A DNA stretch of 64,000 bases from Candidatus Versatilivorator sp. GTDB taxonomy: Bacteria > Acidobacteriota > Terriglobia > Versatilivoradales > Versatilivoraceae. Made by a program: the position numbers and the translations under genes. The notes below the pieces were generated by a model. It saw only the letters and a program-made list of their open reading frames with translations, had not been told where the DNA came from and ran no database searches. The stretch covers positions 3,424,001 to 3,488,000 of the forward strand of contig OZ242296.1 of NCBI GenBank assembly GCA_965207735.1, given 5' to 3'. Position 1 is the first letter of the stretch. The number at the start of each line of letters is the position of its first letter. This document shows positions 1 through 9,649 of this stretch, piece after piece.

Positions 1-1287
1 CTGCTCGTCGGCCCACTCGTAGGTGGGACGGCTCATGACCAGCAGTTGGAGGCTGCCAACCTGCAGGACCACCGTGCGTCCCATGGAGACTTCGGCGCCT
101 GCCAGGATGCCCCCCCGGTAACGGAAGCGGCCCTCCGATTTCCGCCGCAGCACGGCCTTGAGCGCCAGGGGCTTGCCCCACTGCGGGTCCAGGCGGTGGC
201 CCACCTTTACGGGGAAACGGCTGCCGGGCTCCCGATGCCAGCAGTCACCGACGGCTTGGGGATCGACCACCATGGCCAGGCAGGGCTCCTCGACCCCGAG
301 CTCGATCAGGTCTCCGACCAGTGCAACGCTGTCGCCGGCGGCGCCGCCCCCGGTGGTATCGGCGGTATCCAGCAGAAGGACGGGGCCTCCCGGAACCCGC
401 CGGCCACGCTCCACCGCGTCGGCCACCGTGAGCGTCTCCACTCGATAGGCCTCGCGCTCGCCCCAGTGCTGGAGAGCCAGCCGTCGGGCCAATTCCCCGG
501 CCAGGGCCTCTTCTCCCTCGGTAATCACCAGCGAACTGCAACCCATTTCCGGAACGTCGATGTAGGCGCCCAGGTTGAAGACCGAGGCCGCCAGGACCTC
601 CGGCCGCGTCTGCTCCATGCGGTCGGCCTGCCGCCGCAGCCTGGCGAAGGCCCCATCCCCCTCGGTGGAGGCGTTGAAGCTGGTCAGAATCAGGGGCAAC
701 CGGGCCAGTGCCATGGCCGGACGGCTCTGCCCCCTGGCTGCCCGCAACAACAGCCTGGCCGCACGTTGACCTGTCCGGAAGGCGTCGCGATGGGGATAGG
801 TATGGTAACCAAGGAGGATATCCGCCGCCTGAACCATGGACCTGGTCAGGTTGCCATGCAGGTCGAGCGTGAGGGCCAGGGGAACCCGCGGGCCGACCAT
901 ATTGCGGAGGGCGAAGGCCAGGTCTCCCTCGGGATCGTCCAGGTCCTGGACACCCATGGAGCCATGGCAAGACAGGAGGATGCCGTGAACCGGCCGGTGC
1001 CGTCGCAACCCTTCAAGCAAGCGCCGCTTCAGGGAGCGGTAGCATTTCGCCGAAAGCGGATTGCCGGAGTTGGCCCGCGCGGCTACCAGCGGGACCACCT
1101 CGACCTGCTCCTCCGACTGGAGGATGGAAAGAAAACCGCCGACTTCAGTGTCCGACCGGCCGAGGGCCAGCAGCTCGGCGCCTTCCAACAGGTAGCCGGT
1201 GGTGCGAAAGAAGTCCAAACCGGCCAGGCCCGTCACGAAATGGTTGGACTCGGATGAAATCTGAGCAACAGCGATGCGCAGGCTCAT
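1..1287 (-). CDS. M81 family metallopeptidase (MlrC-like), 3'-truncated by window edge
   Basis: Absent from the ORF track because there is no stop inside the window. Manual minus-strand translation from ATG 1287 reads MSLRIAVAQISSESNHF...LLSCHGSM...LDLHGN...YHTYPHRD, which are MlrC motifs. Confidence 0.85.
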   Translation of the reverse strand, partial: MSLRIAVAQISSESNHFVTGLAGLDFFRTTGYLLEGAELLALGRSDTEVGGFLSILQSEEQVEVVPLVAARANSGNPLSAKCYRSLKRRLLEGLRRHRPVHGILLSCHGSMGVQDLDDPEGDLAFALRNMVGPRVPLALTLDLHGNLTRSMVQAADILLGYHTYPHRDAFRTGQRAARLLLRAARGQSRPAMALARLPLILTSFNASTEGDGAFARLRRQADRMEQTRPEVLAASVFNLGAYIDVPEMGCSSLVITEGEEALAGELARRLALQHWGEREAYRVETLTVADAVERGRRVPGGPVLLLDTADTTGGGAAGDSVALVGDLIELGVEEPCLAMVVDPQAVGDCWHREPGSRFPVKVGHRLDPQWGKPLALKAVLRRKSEGRFRYRGGILAGAEVSMGRTVVLQVGSLQLLVMSRPTYEWADEQ

Positions 1288-1309
1288 CTATCCCATCCAC
1301 AATCGGGAG

Positions 1310-3034
1310 CTAACGCCTGGAATTGCGTCCCGTCTTTTCGTAGGGGCCGACATCGGGATCGTCGTCCGTCCAGAAGTTCTTGCTGATCAGATACTTGGTC
1401 TCGAGTTCCACGTCGCCGAGCCGAACATGGCCGGTGGCCAGGTCAGGGTCCCGATGGGTGAGGGTCACCTCGAGCAGATTGCTCCCCTGCCTGGGCCAGT
1501 ATTGACGATCCAGCTTGTAGACAAACCAGTAGCCTCCGATCCGCTTGCAGGGGGCGTACATCTTGTACATCTGGTTAATCTTTTTCAGCGCCGATTCCGG
1601 CAGGGTCTTGCCGTTGAGGCTGATGTTCAACCGCTCCCGTTCGTTGACCCCTATGCGCAAGCGCAGCAGAACTTCTCGGACGATACCCTCCCGGTCCCAG
1701 TGCATCAGGTCGTCGGCGATGGTCACCTCAATTTTGGCTGTCTGGCCTGGTTTCAGCTCGACCGGCAGGGTCGGCTGCGCTTCGGAGGCCGGGATGCCCC
1801 GGGTCCCCCCATAGTCCCCTTGGGTCATCACCACATAGAACTTGTCCTTGGGGGCCATGATGTCGGGATGGTCGATCTCTCGCAACTGGGCGTAGAAATC
1901 GGCCCGATAGGGCCAGTTGGCACCCGCGAACCACTGAGCCAGATAGAGCCCGTCGACACCCTGCTGCCAGTAGTTGCACGCCATGGCCCGAGTCATTTCG
2001 ATGGTGGCGCTCAGCAGGCGGTCGGAGCTGACGATGCTGTTGATGGCGGCGAAGGCGCGGCACTCGGACCCCTTGACGGCTTCCACCAGCGGGTGGAAAT
2101 CGGCCATGGTGTCCAGCCGCCCCCAATAGGTCTCCCCCACCAGAACATCGACGATGCCTTGCCGGATCCATTCCCGGTAGTCGAGTCCCAGAGAATAGGC
2201 CTGGTCGATGTCGTTGGGGACACGCAGCACCAGTTCGCGATCAGGGTCGTCGGCCTTCAAAGCCTCATAGACCCTCTTGAGCCAGGCGGTCATGAGGGGG
2301 CGGCCTGCCGCCACCTCGTTGGGATGAAAGAAGTAGGGCCCGGGACTGATGTAGTTGAGTTGGAGCTCCAAGCCGTCGATGGGGTAATTCTTGGCGACCT
2401 CTTCAATCAGCGCGAAGCGCTCCTGGCGCACCTCCTCGTGCTTGAAGTCCTGATTGGTCTTCCCCGGGAACTTCGGCAGATCTCCCCTGGCTCCAATTTC
2501 CAGGTGTCGGTTTTCGAGGCGATATTTCGAGGTGCGCACGTCCCCCTCGATGGAGGAGCCACGCTGACCCTGATTGAGCAATAGGGTGGGATAAAGCAAC
2601 ATCCCCTTGGCATGGGCTCGTTCGCAGCAGACCCCCAGCGGATCGACGCCCCGGTCCAGAGCCCCCCGCACGTTCTGCCCGGCGCGGTGGAAGACGGCAT
2701 GGGTCCACTTGTCCACCGGATCCCCCCACACCTCGCTGACCTTGGTGTCATGAAAGACGGTTCGCCCGTCACCCAGCCCCAGGCAGACGGCCTCCACCGA
2801 AGTGCCCACCAACTCGTCCACCGGCGCTTGGAACTGGCGCTTGGACATGGGCGGCTCGTAGTGATAGACCAGGTCGTGACGGCTGTCGTTGAAGTAGAGG
2901 ATGCGGGGTTTCCTTCTCCCCGAGCTGCTGCGCTTCGCCGCGGGCACGGCTGCGCCGGCCGTCGAGGCGGAAGCCGCCAGGCTGGAAACCAGGCCGGCGC
3001 CAAGAGTTTGCTTTACAAAGTCTCTTCTGATCAT
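1310..3034 (-). CDS. Tat-exported glycosyl hydrolase-like 10 (GHL10/TIM-barrel) protein
   Basis: Twin-arginine signal MIRRDFVK; ILYFND and YPIDGLEL motifs; paralogous to 46996 and 54362. Confidence 0.7.
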   Translation of the reverse strand: MIRRDFVKQTLGAGLVSSLAASASTAGAAVPAAKRSSSGRRKPRILYFNDSRHDLVYHYEPPMSKRQFQAPVDELVGTSVEAVCLGLGDGRTVFHDTKVSEVWGDPVDKWTHAVFHRAGQNVRGALDRGVDPLGVCCERAHAKGMLLYPTLLLNQGQRGSSIEGDVRTSKYRLENRHLEIGARGDLPKFPGKTNQDFKHEEVRQERFALIEEVAKNYPIDGLELQLNYISPGPYFFHPNEVAAGRPLMTAWLKRVYEALKADDPDRELVLRVPNDIDQAYSLGLDYREWIRQGIVDVLVGETYWGRLDTMADFHPLVEAVKGSECRAFAAINSIVSSDRLLSATIEMTRAMACNYWQQGVDGLYLAQWFAGANWPYRADFYAQLREIDHPDIMAPKDKFYVVMTQGDYGGTRGIPASEAQPTLPVELKPGQTAKIEVTIADDLMHWDREGIVREVLLRLRIGVNERERLNISLNGKTLPESALKKINQMYKMYAPCKRIGGYWFVYKLDRQYWPRQGSNLLEVTLTHRDPDLATGHVRLGDVELETKYLISKNFWTDDDPDVGPYEKTGRNSRR

Positions 3035-3142
3035 GGAGTTCTCCTTTCCCAAATCGGTTGGGACATGTGACGGGAAGCCGGTGGAGGACCGCGGTCCCCA
3101 AGGAGGCATCGCCTCCAAGCCGGGGTCTGTCGATCCCGTGTA

Positions 3143-3760
3143 TTACGGCGACTTCATCCTGGTGTCGACCCGGAGGTTGTTGGTCACCGTGAAGACCCCG
3201 CTGACCCCGTTGGCCTTGACGCCGGCCAGGTTCTTGTCTTCCTGGCTGGCGACCAGGCCCACCAGGATGACGTTGCCGTGTTTGACAATGATGTGGATGG
3301 GAAAGATTCCCAGAGGCTCTCGCTGAAAGTAGAGGATCTCGTGCTCGTTGCGAGTAAAGGCTCTCCAGGTCTCACCGCCAAACCCGTAACCGGCCAGGCC
3401 CTGTTCCTTGTAGATAGCCCGGAAGACAGCCATTCGTATGCGGTCGTCGTTGGTTGAGGCGGGTAGCACCTCGATCTGATTGTCCACCTTGACCACGCCT
3501 CCGACTCTGGACACTTCCCGCTCCGCCCAGGTCTTCAAGACGGGTTGAAAGGCGTATCCACCCAGAGTGACACGGTCTTCTTCCAGTTCAAAAACCAGGT
3601 GGTCGAACATGCCGTAGTAAGGAAGCTCCGCCAGCACCTTTTGGATTTTTTCCACCAGTTCTTCCCGGACCGGCTGTTGGAGAAGGGCATGACCGACTCC
3701 GACCCACCACAGCAGAGCCGCCGCCACGGCCACACGAACGAAAGAGCTCGATTGCCGCAT
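3143..3760 (-). CDS. BON domain-containing periplasmic protein
   Basis: Signal peptide; two BON repeats (VTLGG...GVVKVDNQIEV; GNVILVG...GVFTVTNNL). Confidence 0.85.
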   Translation of the reverse strand: MRQSSSFVRVAVAAALLWWVGVGHALLQQPVREELVEKIQKVLAELPYYGMFDHLVFELEEDRVTLGGYAFQPVLKTWAEREVSRVGGVVKVDNQIEVLPASTNDDRIRMAVFRAIYKEQGLAGYGFGGETWRAFTRNEHEILYFQREPLGIFPIHIIVKHGNVILVGLVASQEDKNLAGVKANGVSGVFTVTNNLRVDTRMKSP

Positions 3761-3837
3761 GGTTCCTCCCTGAGATCTCCTGGATGCGGGCCCCACCCTT
3801 GGCGAGCATGCCGGGAGCCACTCTCCCACCGACCGGG

Positions 3838-5097
3838 TCAGTGCACGATCTTGCCGCTCTTTGGCCAGGGCTTCCAGCGCACGGCCTGCAGCGTGTGACC
3901 TCTGCCGTCAGGGCGGCCATTCCTTCCCAGCGCGCTATCGCCCGCAACGGTGACGATGGTCCCGTCCCTGCCGGCCGCCGCACTGCCGTAACCATGGCCC
4001 TTCATCAGGATGTAGACCTCCGGTTCCCAGGTCCCGCCTCCGTCCCAACTGACTCTGGCCCGAACGTCTCCCCCTTCATGGTACGGGTAGCGGTTTTCGT
4101 AGACGGCCACGACCCCTCCCCCGGGAAGAGAGGCCAGGGTGCCGTGAGCCTGGCCGAAGGTCCGGGTCAAGGGCCGGAAGTGGCGCCAGCTGCGTCCGCC
4201 GTCGTCGGAATTCGCCAACTGGATGGTCTTGCCCCCCAAACGGGAGTTGGGAACGCCTCGAATGGCGGCCAACACTCGCAGACCACCCAGAGAAACCAGG
4301 CCGGTCTCGGCGGCGGTGTTTCGGATCAGGGTCGGCTCTCCCCAGGTGAGTCCCTGGTCCCGGCTGCGAAAAAACACTTCGGCGAAGCGATCCGAGTGTT
4401 CCTCCTCCATCCCCGGATTGTAGGCATCCAGAGCCGCCAGCAGGGTTCCGTCTCCCAGGGCGATGATGGAGTTTCCGTCGCCGGCCAGCGCCCGATAGCC
4501 GGGAGGGGAACTGAGTGGACGGCTGCTCTCCCAATGCTCACCTCCGTCCCTGGAACGGGAGACGATCAGGGGACGCAATTCGTGCTCGCCGGCGGTAACC
4601 GCGGGGTTTTCTACCAACTCGGACATCACGGGCTGCATTGTGGTGGCGGCGTGGCACACCAGAATGTAGGTTCCGGCCGCGCCGAAGGCCTGGGCGGCCA
4701 CCGGTTCGCCGTGCGTGTTTGGCAGTCCCTGAAGCCGCCTGCCGGTCCAGCTCCTGCCGTCGTCGTCCGACCGGTAGAGATAGGTGCCGAATCCGGCGTA
4801 GAGGGTTCCATCCTCGGTCCTGACCACCCGGCCGTCCAGCCGCCAGGTGGAACCGGGAACCGGCAACCGCAGGCGTTCCGCCGACAGGGTCCCCAGTTCC
4901 CTGTGCACGGGCCTGAAGTCCCCTTTGCCCGCCATGTCGGTTCCCGGCCTCAGATAGGGCGTGGCCTCGACCACCCGGATCGGATAATCCAGTGAAGGGT
5001 CCGTCCGGCTGCGGAGCGGGTCTTCCTGGGCAGTCAGACGGCCGGACAATAGAATGGCGGCAGCCAGGAAAAGGGGGAGTCGCGTTCGAGAAAACAT
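3838..5097 (-). CDS. BNR/Asp-box sialidase-family protein
   Basis: Signal peptide and repeated SxDxGxxW Asp boxes. Confidence 0.8.
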   Translation of the reverse strand: MFSRTRLPLFLAAAILLSGRLTAQEDPLRSRTDPSLDYPIRVVEATPYLRPGTDMAGKGDFRPVHRELGTLSAERLRLPVPGSTWRLDGRVVRTEDGTLYAGFGTYLYRSDDDGRSWTGRRLQGLPNTHGEPVAAQAFGAAGTYILVCHAATTMQPVMSELVENPAVTAGEHELRPLIVSRSRDGGEHWESSRPLSSPPGYRALAGDGNSIIALGDGTLLAALDAYNPGMEEEHSDRFAEVFFRSRDQGLTWGEPTLIRNTAAETGLVSLGGLRVLAAIRGVPNSRLGGKTIQLANSDDGGRSWRHFRPLTRTFGQAHGTLASLPGGGVVAVYENRYPYHEGGDVRARVSWDGGGTWEPEVYILMKGHGYGSAAAGRDGTIVTVAGDSALGRNGRPDGRGHTLQAVRWKPWPKSGKIVH

Positions 5098-5371
5098 GTC
5101 GGCACCCAAGAGGGAACGGGCAGTGGAAACAGCAGGAATCAGGGCCATCAAAGCCTAGCAGAAATCGGAGTGCCGAGAGCGAAAAAAAGGGGAGTGAGAG
5201 GCTATGGCCCGGTCGGCTCTTGCTTCTCTCTTTTCGCCTGCCGGTGTGCCGGTGCGCGGCCCCTACTGGGATGACTCATAATCGGGCAGGAAAGACTTCA
5301 GGCATTTTCCAAGGGACTGGGTTGAGAGATTCGGGCGGATAAGGCGGCAGCGGTCCCATCCGGTCCCAGCA

Positions 5372-5405
5372 TTGACTTGTGCAGTGAACGGTATTACCGT
5401 ACACT
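5372..5405 (+). promoter_or_regulatory. sigma70-type promoter with palindromic operator upstream of higA
   Basis: TTGACT-17 nt-TACCGT; palindrome AGTG-A-ACGGTA-T-TACCGT-A-CACT overlapping the -10. Confidence 0.6.
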
Positions 5406-5430
5406 TGCCGAACTTGGAGGACTACCACTG

Positions 5431-5742
5431 ATGGCAACCAACAGTATCAAAGTGAACATGACCCCTTCGCATCCAGGCGACTTCATCCGCTCGGAGATCA
5501 TTGAGGAGTTGGGTCTGAACGTGACCAGCGCGGCCGAGATACTCGGAGTCCGTCGGGCGACGCTTTCGGACTTGCTGAATGGCAAGGCCGCACTATCGCC
5601 AGAGATGGCGCTACGCATCGAGAAGGCTTTTGCCGTGAGCATGGACATGTTGCTACGAATGCAGGCTTGGTATGACGCCACACAGATGCGCGCACAGGCA
5701 GACGAAATTAACGTTGAACGTTACCAACCACATCCCGTGTGA
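5431..5742 (+). CDS. higA: HigA family addiction module antitoxin (orphan)
   Basis: HPGDFIRSE...AAEILGVRRATLSDLLNGKAALSPEMALRIEKAF...MQAWYD signature; GGAGGA RBS. Confidence 0.9.
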   Translation: MATNSIKVNMTPSHPGDFIRSEIIEELGLNVTSAAEILGVRRATLSDLLNGKAALSPEMALRIEKAFAVSMDMLLRMQAWYDATQMRAQADEINVERYQPHPV

Positions 5743-5870
5743 AATCTCAGGATGACAACGTGTAAGGGGAGAACAGATAGTTTGCCTCGATGAAAAGGGC
5801 TCCTGGCCCTGAAGCGTTTGCAATTTCCGTACCGGTCCGATAGAGGCACACCAGACAAAAGGAGCGCAAC

Positions 5871-6401
5871 ATGAATCGGTTGTGGGTGCTGGCAGCCTTG
5901 CTTGTAGTCGCAGCGACGTTGAACGCCACTGCGGAACCTCCACCGCAGGCAGTCGATGCGAAGATACTGAACAAATGGCTTGGCGCCTGGAAGTCCCACA
6001 CCCTTCTCAAGCCTGCAGCCTGGTCGCCCACGTCTCAGGAACTGTCGGGAAACTCAAAGTCGGAGTGGATTCTGGACGGCCATTTTCAGGAGACATCCAG
6101 CAAGAGCGACACGCATAAAACGCGTGAGATTCATCGCTATGACGCCGACAGCAAGCGGTATCACAAGTGGACCTTCAATTCCGATGGCTCGCACAGCTTC
6201 TGGATCGGCGATTGGGACGAAGAATCCTCCACCATGACCTGGAAGTACGTCGATTTCGGCGTAGGCATCGAAGGAAAAATTGTGGATCGATTCATCAGTG
6301 ATGGAAAATACCGATCGACGTTGATCTTGAAGGACCGAGCAGGCGCCGTGCTCCTGGATATTCGCGCTGAACATGTTCGCACCGGGAAGCGGGCCCAGTA
6401 G
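5871..6401 (+). CDS. DUF1579-like secreted protein
   Basis: Signal peptide; LGAWKS, SEWILDGHF, YDADSKRYHKWTFNSDG motifs. Confidence 0.7.
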   Translation: MNRLWVLAALLVVAATLNATAEPPPQAVDAKILNKWLGAWKSHTLLKPAAWSPTSQELSGNSKSEWILDGHFQETSSKSDTHKTREIHRYDADSKRYHKWTFNSDGSHSFWIGDWDEESSTMTWKYVDFGVGIEGKIVDRFISDGKYRSTLILKDRAGAVLLDIRAEHVRTGKRAQ

Positions 6402-6454
6402 CGGCTGACAATCGGTTGCAGCCGGAATCATCACTCACACTCATGAATGCTTCC

Positions 6455-7585
6455 ATGAATACTTGTGTTGTCGGAGCCGGAATCTTCGGCATGGCGGCCG
6501 CGCTCGAGCTGCGCCGTCGCGGCCACGGGGTTACCCTGTTCGAACGCGGCCGCATCCCCAACCCCGAGGCCTCCAGCACCGATGTATCCAAGTGCATTCG
6601 CCGCACCAACTACCCGCACGAGACCTACGTGGAGCTGGCGAGCCGGGCGGCCGCCCAGTGGCGGGAGTGGCACGAGCGCACCAGTCGCTCCATCTACTTC
6701 CAGACCGGCCAAGTGATTGCGCTGAGCGGCTTCGGACCGGAGCACCCGTCCCTGACCGGCTGGGAGACACTGAGCCGGCTGGCAACCGATATACAAGAGT
6801 TGACGGTGAAGGAGGCTGAAGAGCGGTTTCCCCAGTTGGTTCTGACCGGCCAGGATCGCCTATTCTACGATCCCTGGGCCGGATACCTGCGCAGCGGCCA
6901 GGCGCTGGAGGATCTGGCGAAGCTGGCTCGGGACTCGGGAGTGACCCTGCGTGAGAAAACTGCAGTGGAAGCCGTGGAGGAGACCGGCGCCGGCGCCAGG
7001 GTCTGCTGGGATTCCGGCCGGCAGGACTTTGACCGGGTGGTGGTGGCGGCCGGCCCCTGGCTGGCGGAACTGCTGCCGGCCATGCGAACCCGGATACGCC
7101 TCACGCGGCAGCAGATGGCCTTCTTCGTTCCCACCGATCCGGCGCCCTTCCGGCGCGGCCGCTTCCCGGTCTGGTCGATCCTTTCCCCCGGTAATCTCTG
7201 GTACGGATTCCCCTACCTGCACGAGGGATGGGTGAAGGTGGCGGAAGACAGCAAGGTGGAGGACACCCGCGCGGACGTCTCGCGTGAACCCACGGCAGAG
7301 TTCCTGGAGTGGGCTCGCGAGTTCGTGGCCCGGTGCATCCCGGCTCTCAGCCGGGGAGAGCTGGCCGGCGGCCGCTCCTGTCTCTACACCAACATGGCCG
7401 ACATGGAGGACGAGCAGTTCGTTATCGATTGGGCGCCGGGGCGCGAACGGGTGCTGATCGCCGGCTGCGGCTGCGGCCACGGCTTCAAGTTCGGCGGCTC
7501 GATCGGGCCGGTGATCGCCGACGCGCTGGAGGAACGGGAGAATCCCCTGGGGAACCTGTTCCGGATTGGAAACCGGTTCCATTGA
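6455..7585 (+). CDS. FAD-dependent oxidoreductase, sarcosine oxidase/SolA-like
   Basis: GAGIFG dinucleotide fold; SSTDVSKCIR; CLYT; GHGFKFG. Confidence 0.85.
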   Translation: MNTCVVGAGIFGMAAALELRRRGHGVTLFERGRIPNPEASSTDVSKCIRRTNYPHETYVELASRAAAQWREWHERTSRSIYFQTGQVIALSGFGPEHPSLTGWETLSRLATDIQELTVKEAEERFPQLVLTGQDRLFYDPWAGYLRSGQALEDLAKLARDSGVTLREKTAVEAVEETGAGARVCWDSGRQDFDRVVVAAGPWLAELLPAMRTRIRLTRQQMAFFVPTDPAPFRRGRFPVWSILSPGNLWYGFPYLHEGWVKVAEDSKVEDTRADVSREPTAEFLEWAREFVARCIPALSRGELAGGRSCLYTNMADMEDEQFVIDWAPGRERVLIAGCGCGHGFKFGGSIGPVIADALEERENPLGNLFRIGNRFH

Positions 7586-7605
7586 GGAAGAAAGGAGTGA
7601 CGGGT

Positions 7606-8607
7606 ATGGACGCCAGAAAGGTCTATGACGAAGCCATCGTGATCGACGGCCTGAGCATCAGCAACTGGGACAGCGATGCCGTCTTCCAGCGCCTGAGGAC
7701 CGGCAACCTCACCGCCATCAACGCCACCGTGGCCACCTGGGAAAACTTCCAGCAGACCATGGCTCACCTGGCCAGGTGGATGCGGCGTTTTCGCGAGCGC
7801 CAGGACATCCTGCAGGTCAAGGAAACGGCCGACATCCTCGCCGCCAAGAAGCAGGGAAAGACCGGCATCATCCTGGGATTTCAGAACGCCTCGCCCATAG
7901 AGAACGAGCTGGACCGGCTGGGGCTGTTCCTGGCCCTGGGGGTGCGGGTCATCCAGCTCACCTACCACGAGACCAATCTGCTGGGGAGCGGCTGCTGGGA
8001 GCGGTTCGACAGCGGCTTGAGCAACTTCGGCGTGGATGCGGTGCGGGAGATGAATAGGCTGGGCATCCTCATCGACCTGTCTCACGTGGGCCCCAAGACC
8101 ACCATGGAGGCCATCGAGATGTCGGAGCAGCCGGTCGCCATCACCCACGCCAATGCCCGCAGCTTCTACAACCACCCGCGCAATAAGCAGGAGGACGCCC
8201 TCAAGCTGCTGGCCGAAAAGGGGGGTGTGGTCGGAGCCACCTCATACACCCCCTTCCTTCCCAAGGGATACGATTCGACGCTGGAGGACTTCGTGGATGC
8301 CCTCGACAACATGGTGGAGCGGATTGGCCTGGACCACGTGGCCATCGGCACCGACTCCACCCACGATCAGCCGCTGGAGTTCTGGCATTTCATCGTCTCC
8401 CAGCAGGGCACCAAGTTCCCCTCCACCTTCGCCGACGGCTCGGTGCCCTACACCGAGATCAACTTTCAGCCCAAGGGGATCGACACCCCGGCCGAGTTCC
8501 CCAACCTGGCCGACGCGCTCGCCAATCGCGGCTACAGCGCCGAAGACATCACCAAGCTGTTGGGTGGAAACTGGCTGAAGCTCTTCGAGAGAGTGTGGAA
8601 TCCCTGA
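7606..8607 (+). CDS. Membrane dipeptidase (M19) family protein
   Basis: GVRVIQLTY, MNRLGILIDLSHVG, ITHAN, HVAIGTD, LGGNWLKL. Confidence 0.85.
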   Translation: MDARKVYDEAIVIDGLSISNWDSDAVFQRLRTGNLTAINATVATWENFQQTMAHLARWMRRFRERQDILQVKETADILAAKKQGKTGIILGFQNASPIENELDRLGLFLALGVRVIQLTYHETNLLGSGCWERFDSGLSNFGVDAVREMNRLGILIDLSHVGPKTTMEAIEMSEQPVAITHANARSFYNHPRNKQEDALKLLAEKGGVVGATSYTPFLPKGYDSTLEDFVDALDNMVERIGLDHVAIGTDSTHDQPLEFWHFIVSQQGTKFPSTFADGSVPYTEINFQPKGIDTPAEFPNLADALANRGYSAEDITKLLGGNWLKLFERVWNP

Positions 8608-8798
8608 AGCGGGTTCCAGCGGGGAAAGGTCACCCACCACAGCGGGTCAACTGGCTACCCGCGTTACGCAGGCCACTGGAATCAGCGGTTGGCAATTCTC
8701 CTGATTACCGGTTCCCGTTTGGCAATTTCGGGTCGATCAAGGGACGAAGCGATCGTCGCCTCAACCTCAGCGAACCAGCCCGCCCTCTTGCAGCACCG

Positions 8799-9011
8799 TC
8801 ACTCACTCCGCCTCACGACAGACCACAAGTAGAGGAGCATGCCGGCACCCACCAGTACCGCCCCCAGGCACAGGAACAGGAAGAATGAAAGCGGATGGTT
8901 CCAGTAGAGGGTGGCCAGTTCGATTCCCAACCCCGATGCGATCAGCAGTCCCGACAGTTGCAACCGCCCGACGAAACCCGGCCTCAAACCCAGCAATCGA
9001 AGAAGGCTCAT
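8799..9011 (-). CDS. Small two-TM membrane protein
   Basis: Two hydrophobic segments; ATG overlaps the stop of the upstream NapC-like gene. Confidence 0.7.
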   Translation of the reverse strand: MSLLRLLGLRPGFVGRLQLSGLLIASGLGIELATLYWNHPLSFFLFLCLGAVLVGAGMLLYLWSVVRRSE

Positions 9012-9625
9012 TGCGTCGCCTCCGGGTCCCATCGCCGGAACCGGTCCAGCTTTGAGACCTCGTGAACCAGGTTGTGACACATCAGACATGACTTTTCACC
9101 ACTGAGCAGTTGCGCCCGGAAAGGTGCATGAACTGACTGCTCCTCATAGGATCTGGCCCCGTCGTGGCACTCCAGACAGGCCCGGTTGTCATAGGGCTCA
9201 TACAACTCTACAGGGGCGGATGCCGAGCCCCAGAAGTTGTGCCACACATGCTTCACGCCGCGGATCTTGTCATCGAGGTCGCCGAACATGGTGTAGTTGG
9301 TGTGGCAGGTGTAACAGGCCCGGTCGGCGGGGATGCGCTTGTTCTGATAGTGGGATGCGGGAAGAAAGCGGGCGTGGTCAATGTACAGACTCTCCCCGTA
9401 GGGTTGAATGATGTGACAAGAAAGACAGAACCGGGTTGTCTTTGCCTGCTCGTAATGTCGTCCGGCGCCACCCAGAAGCAGCAGCCCCGGCAGCACGAAG
9501 AGAGCCAGGAAAGCCAGTATCCTGCCTCCAAGTGTGCCGGTCAAATCGGGCCTGCGGACAAGGAGCCCAACCAGCGCGATTGTCACGACCGCCAGGAAAC
9601 CCAGGCTGATGGCGTAACCGGTCAT
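9008..9625 (-). CDS. NapC/NirT family tetraheme cytochrome c (quinol dehydrogenase)
   Basis: N-terminal TM helices; four CxxCH (CLSCH, CYTCH, CLECH, CLMCH). Confidence 0.85.
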   Translation of the reverse strand: MTGYAISLGFLAVVTIALVGLLVRRPDLTGTLGGRILAFLALFVLPGLLLLGGAGRHYEQAKTTRFCLSCHIIQPYGESLYIDHARFLPASHYQNKRIPADRACYTCHTNYTMFGDLDDKIRGVKHVWHNFWGSASAPVELYEPYDNRACLECHDGARSYEEQSVHAPFRAQLLSGEKSCLMCHNLVHEVSKLDRFRRWDPEATQ

Positions 9626-9649
9626 TGGAACAGGTCCCCGGAGCGTCGA

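Noticed and set aside
46-1257. 403-aa plus-strand ORF and many other long track ORFs (e.g. 1274-2584, 58280-60571, N-terminal part of 21616-23613)
   Set aside because: Antisense shadows of real genes in high-GC DNA; no recognisable motifs
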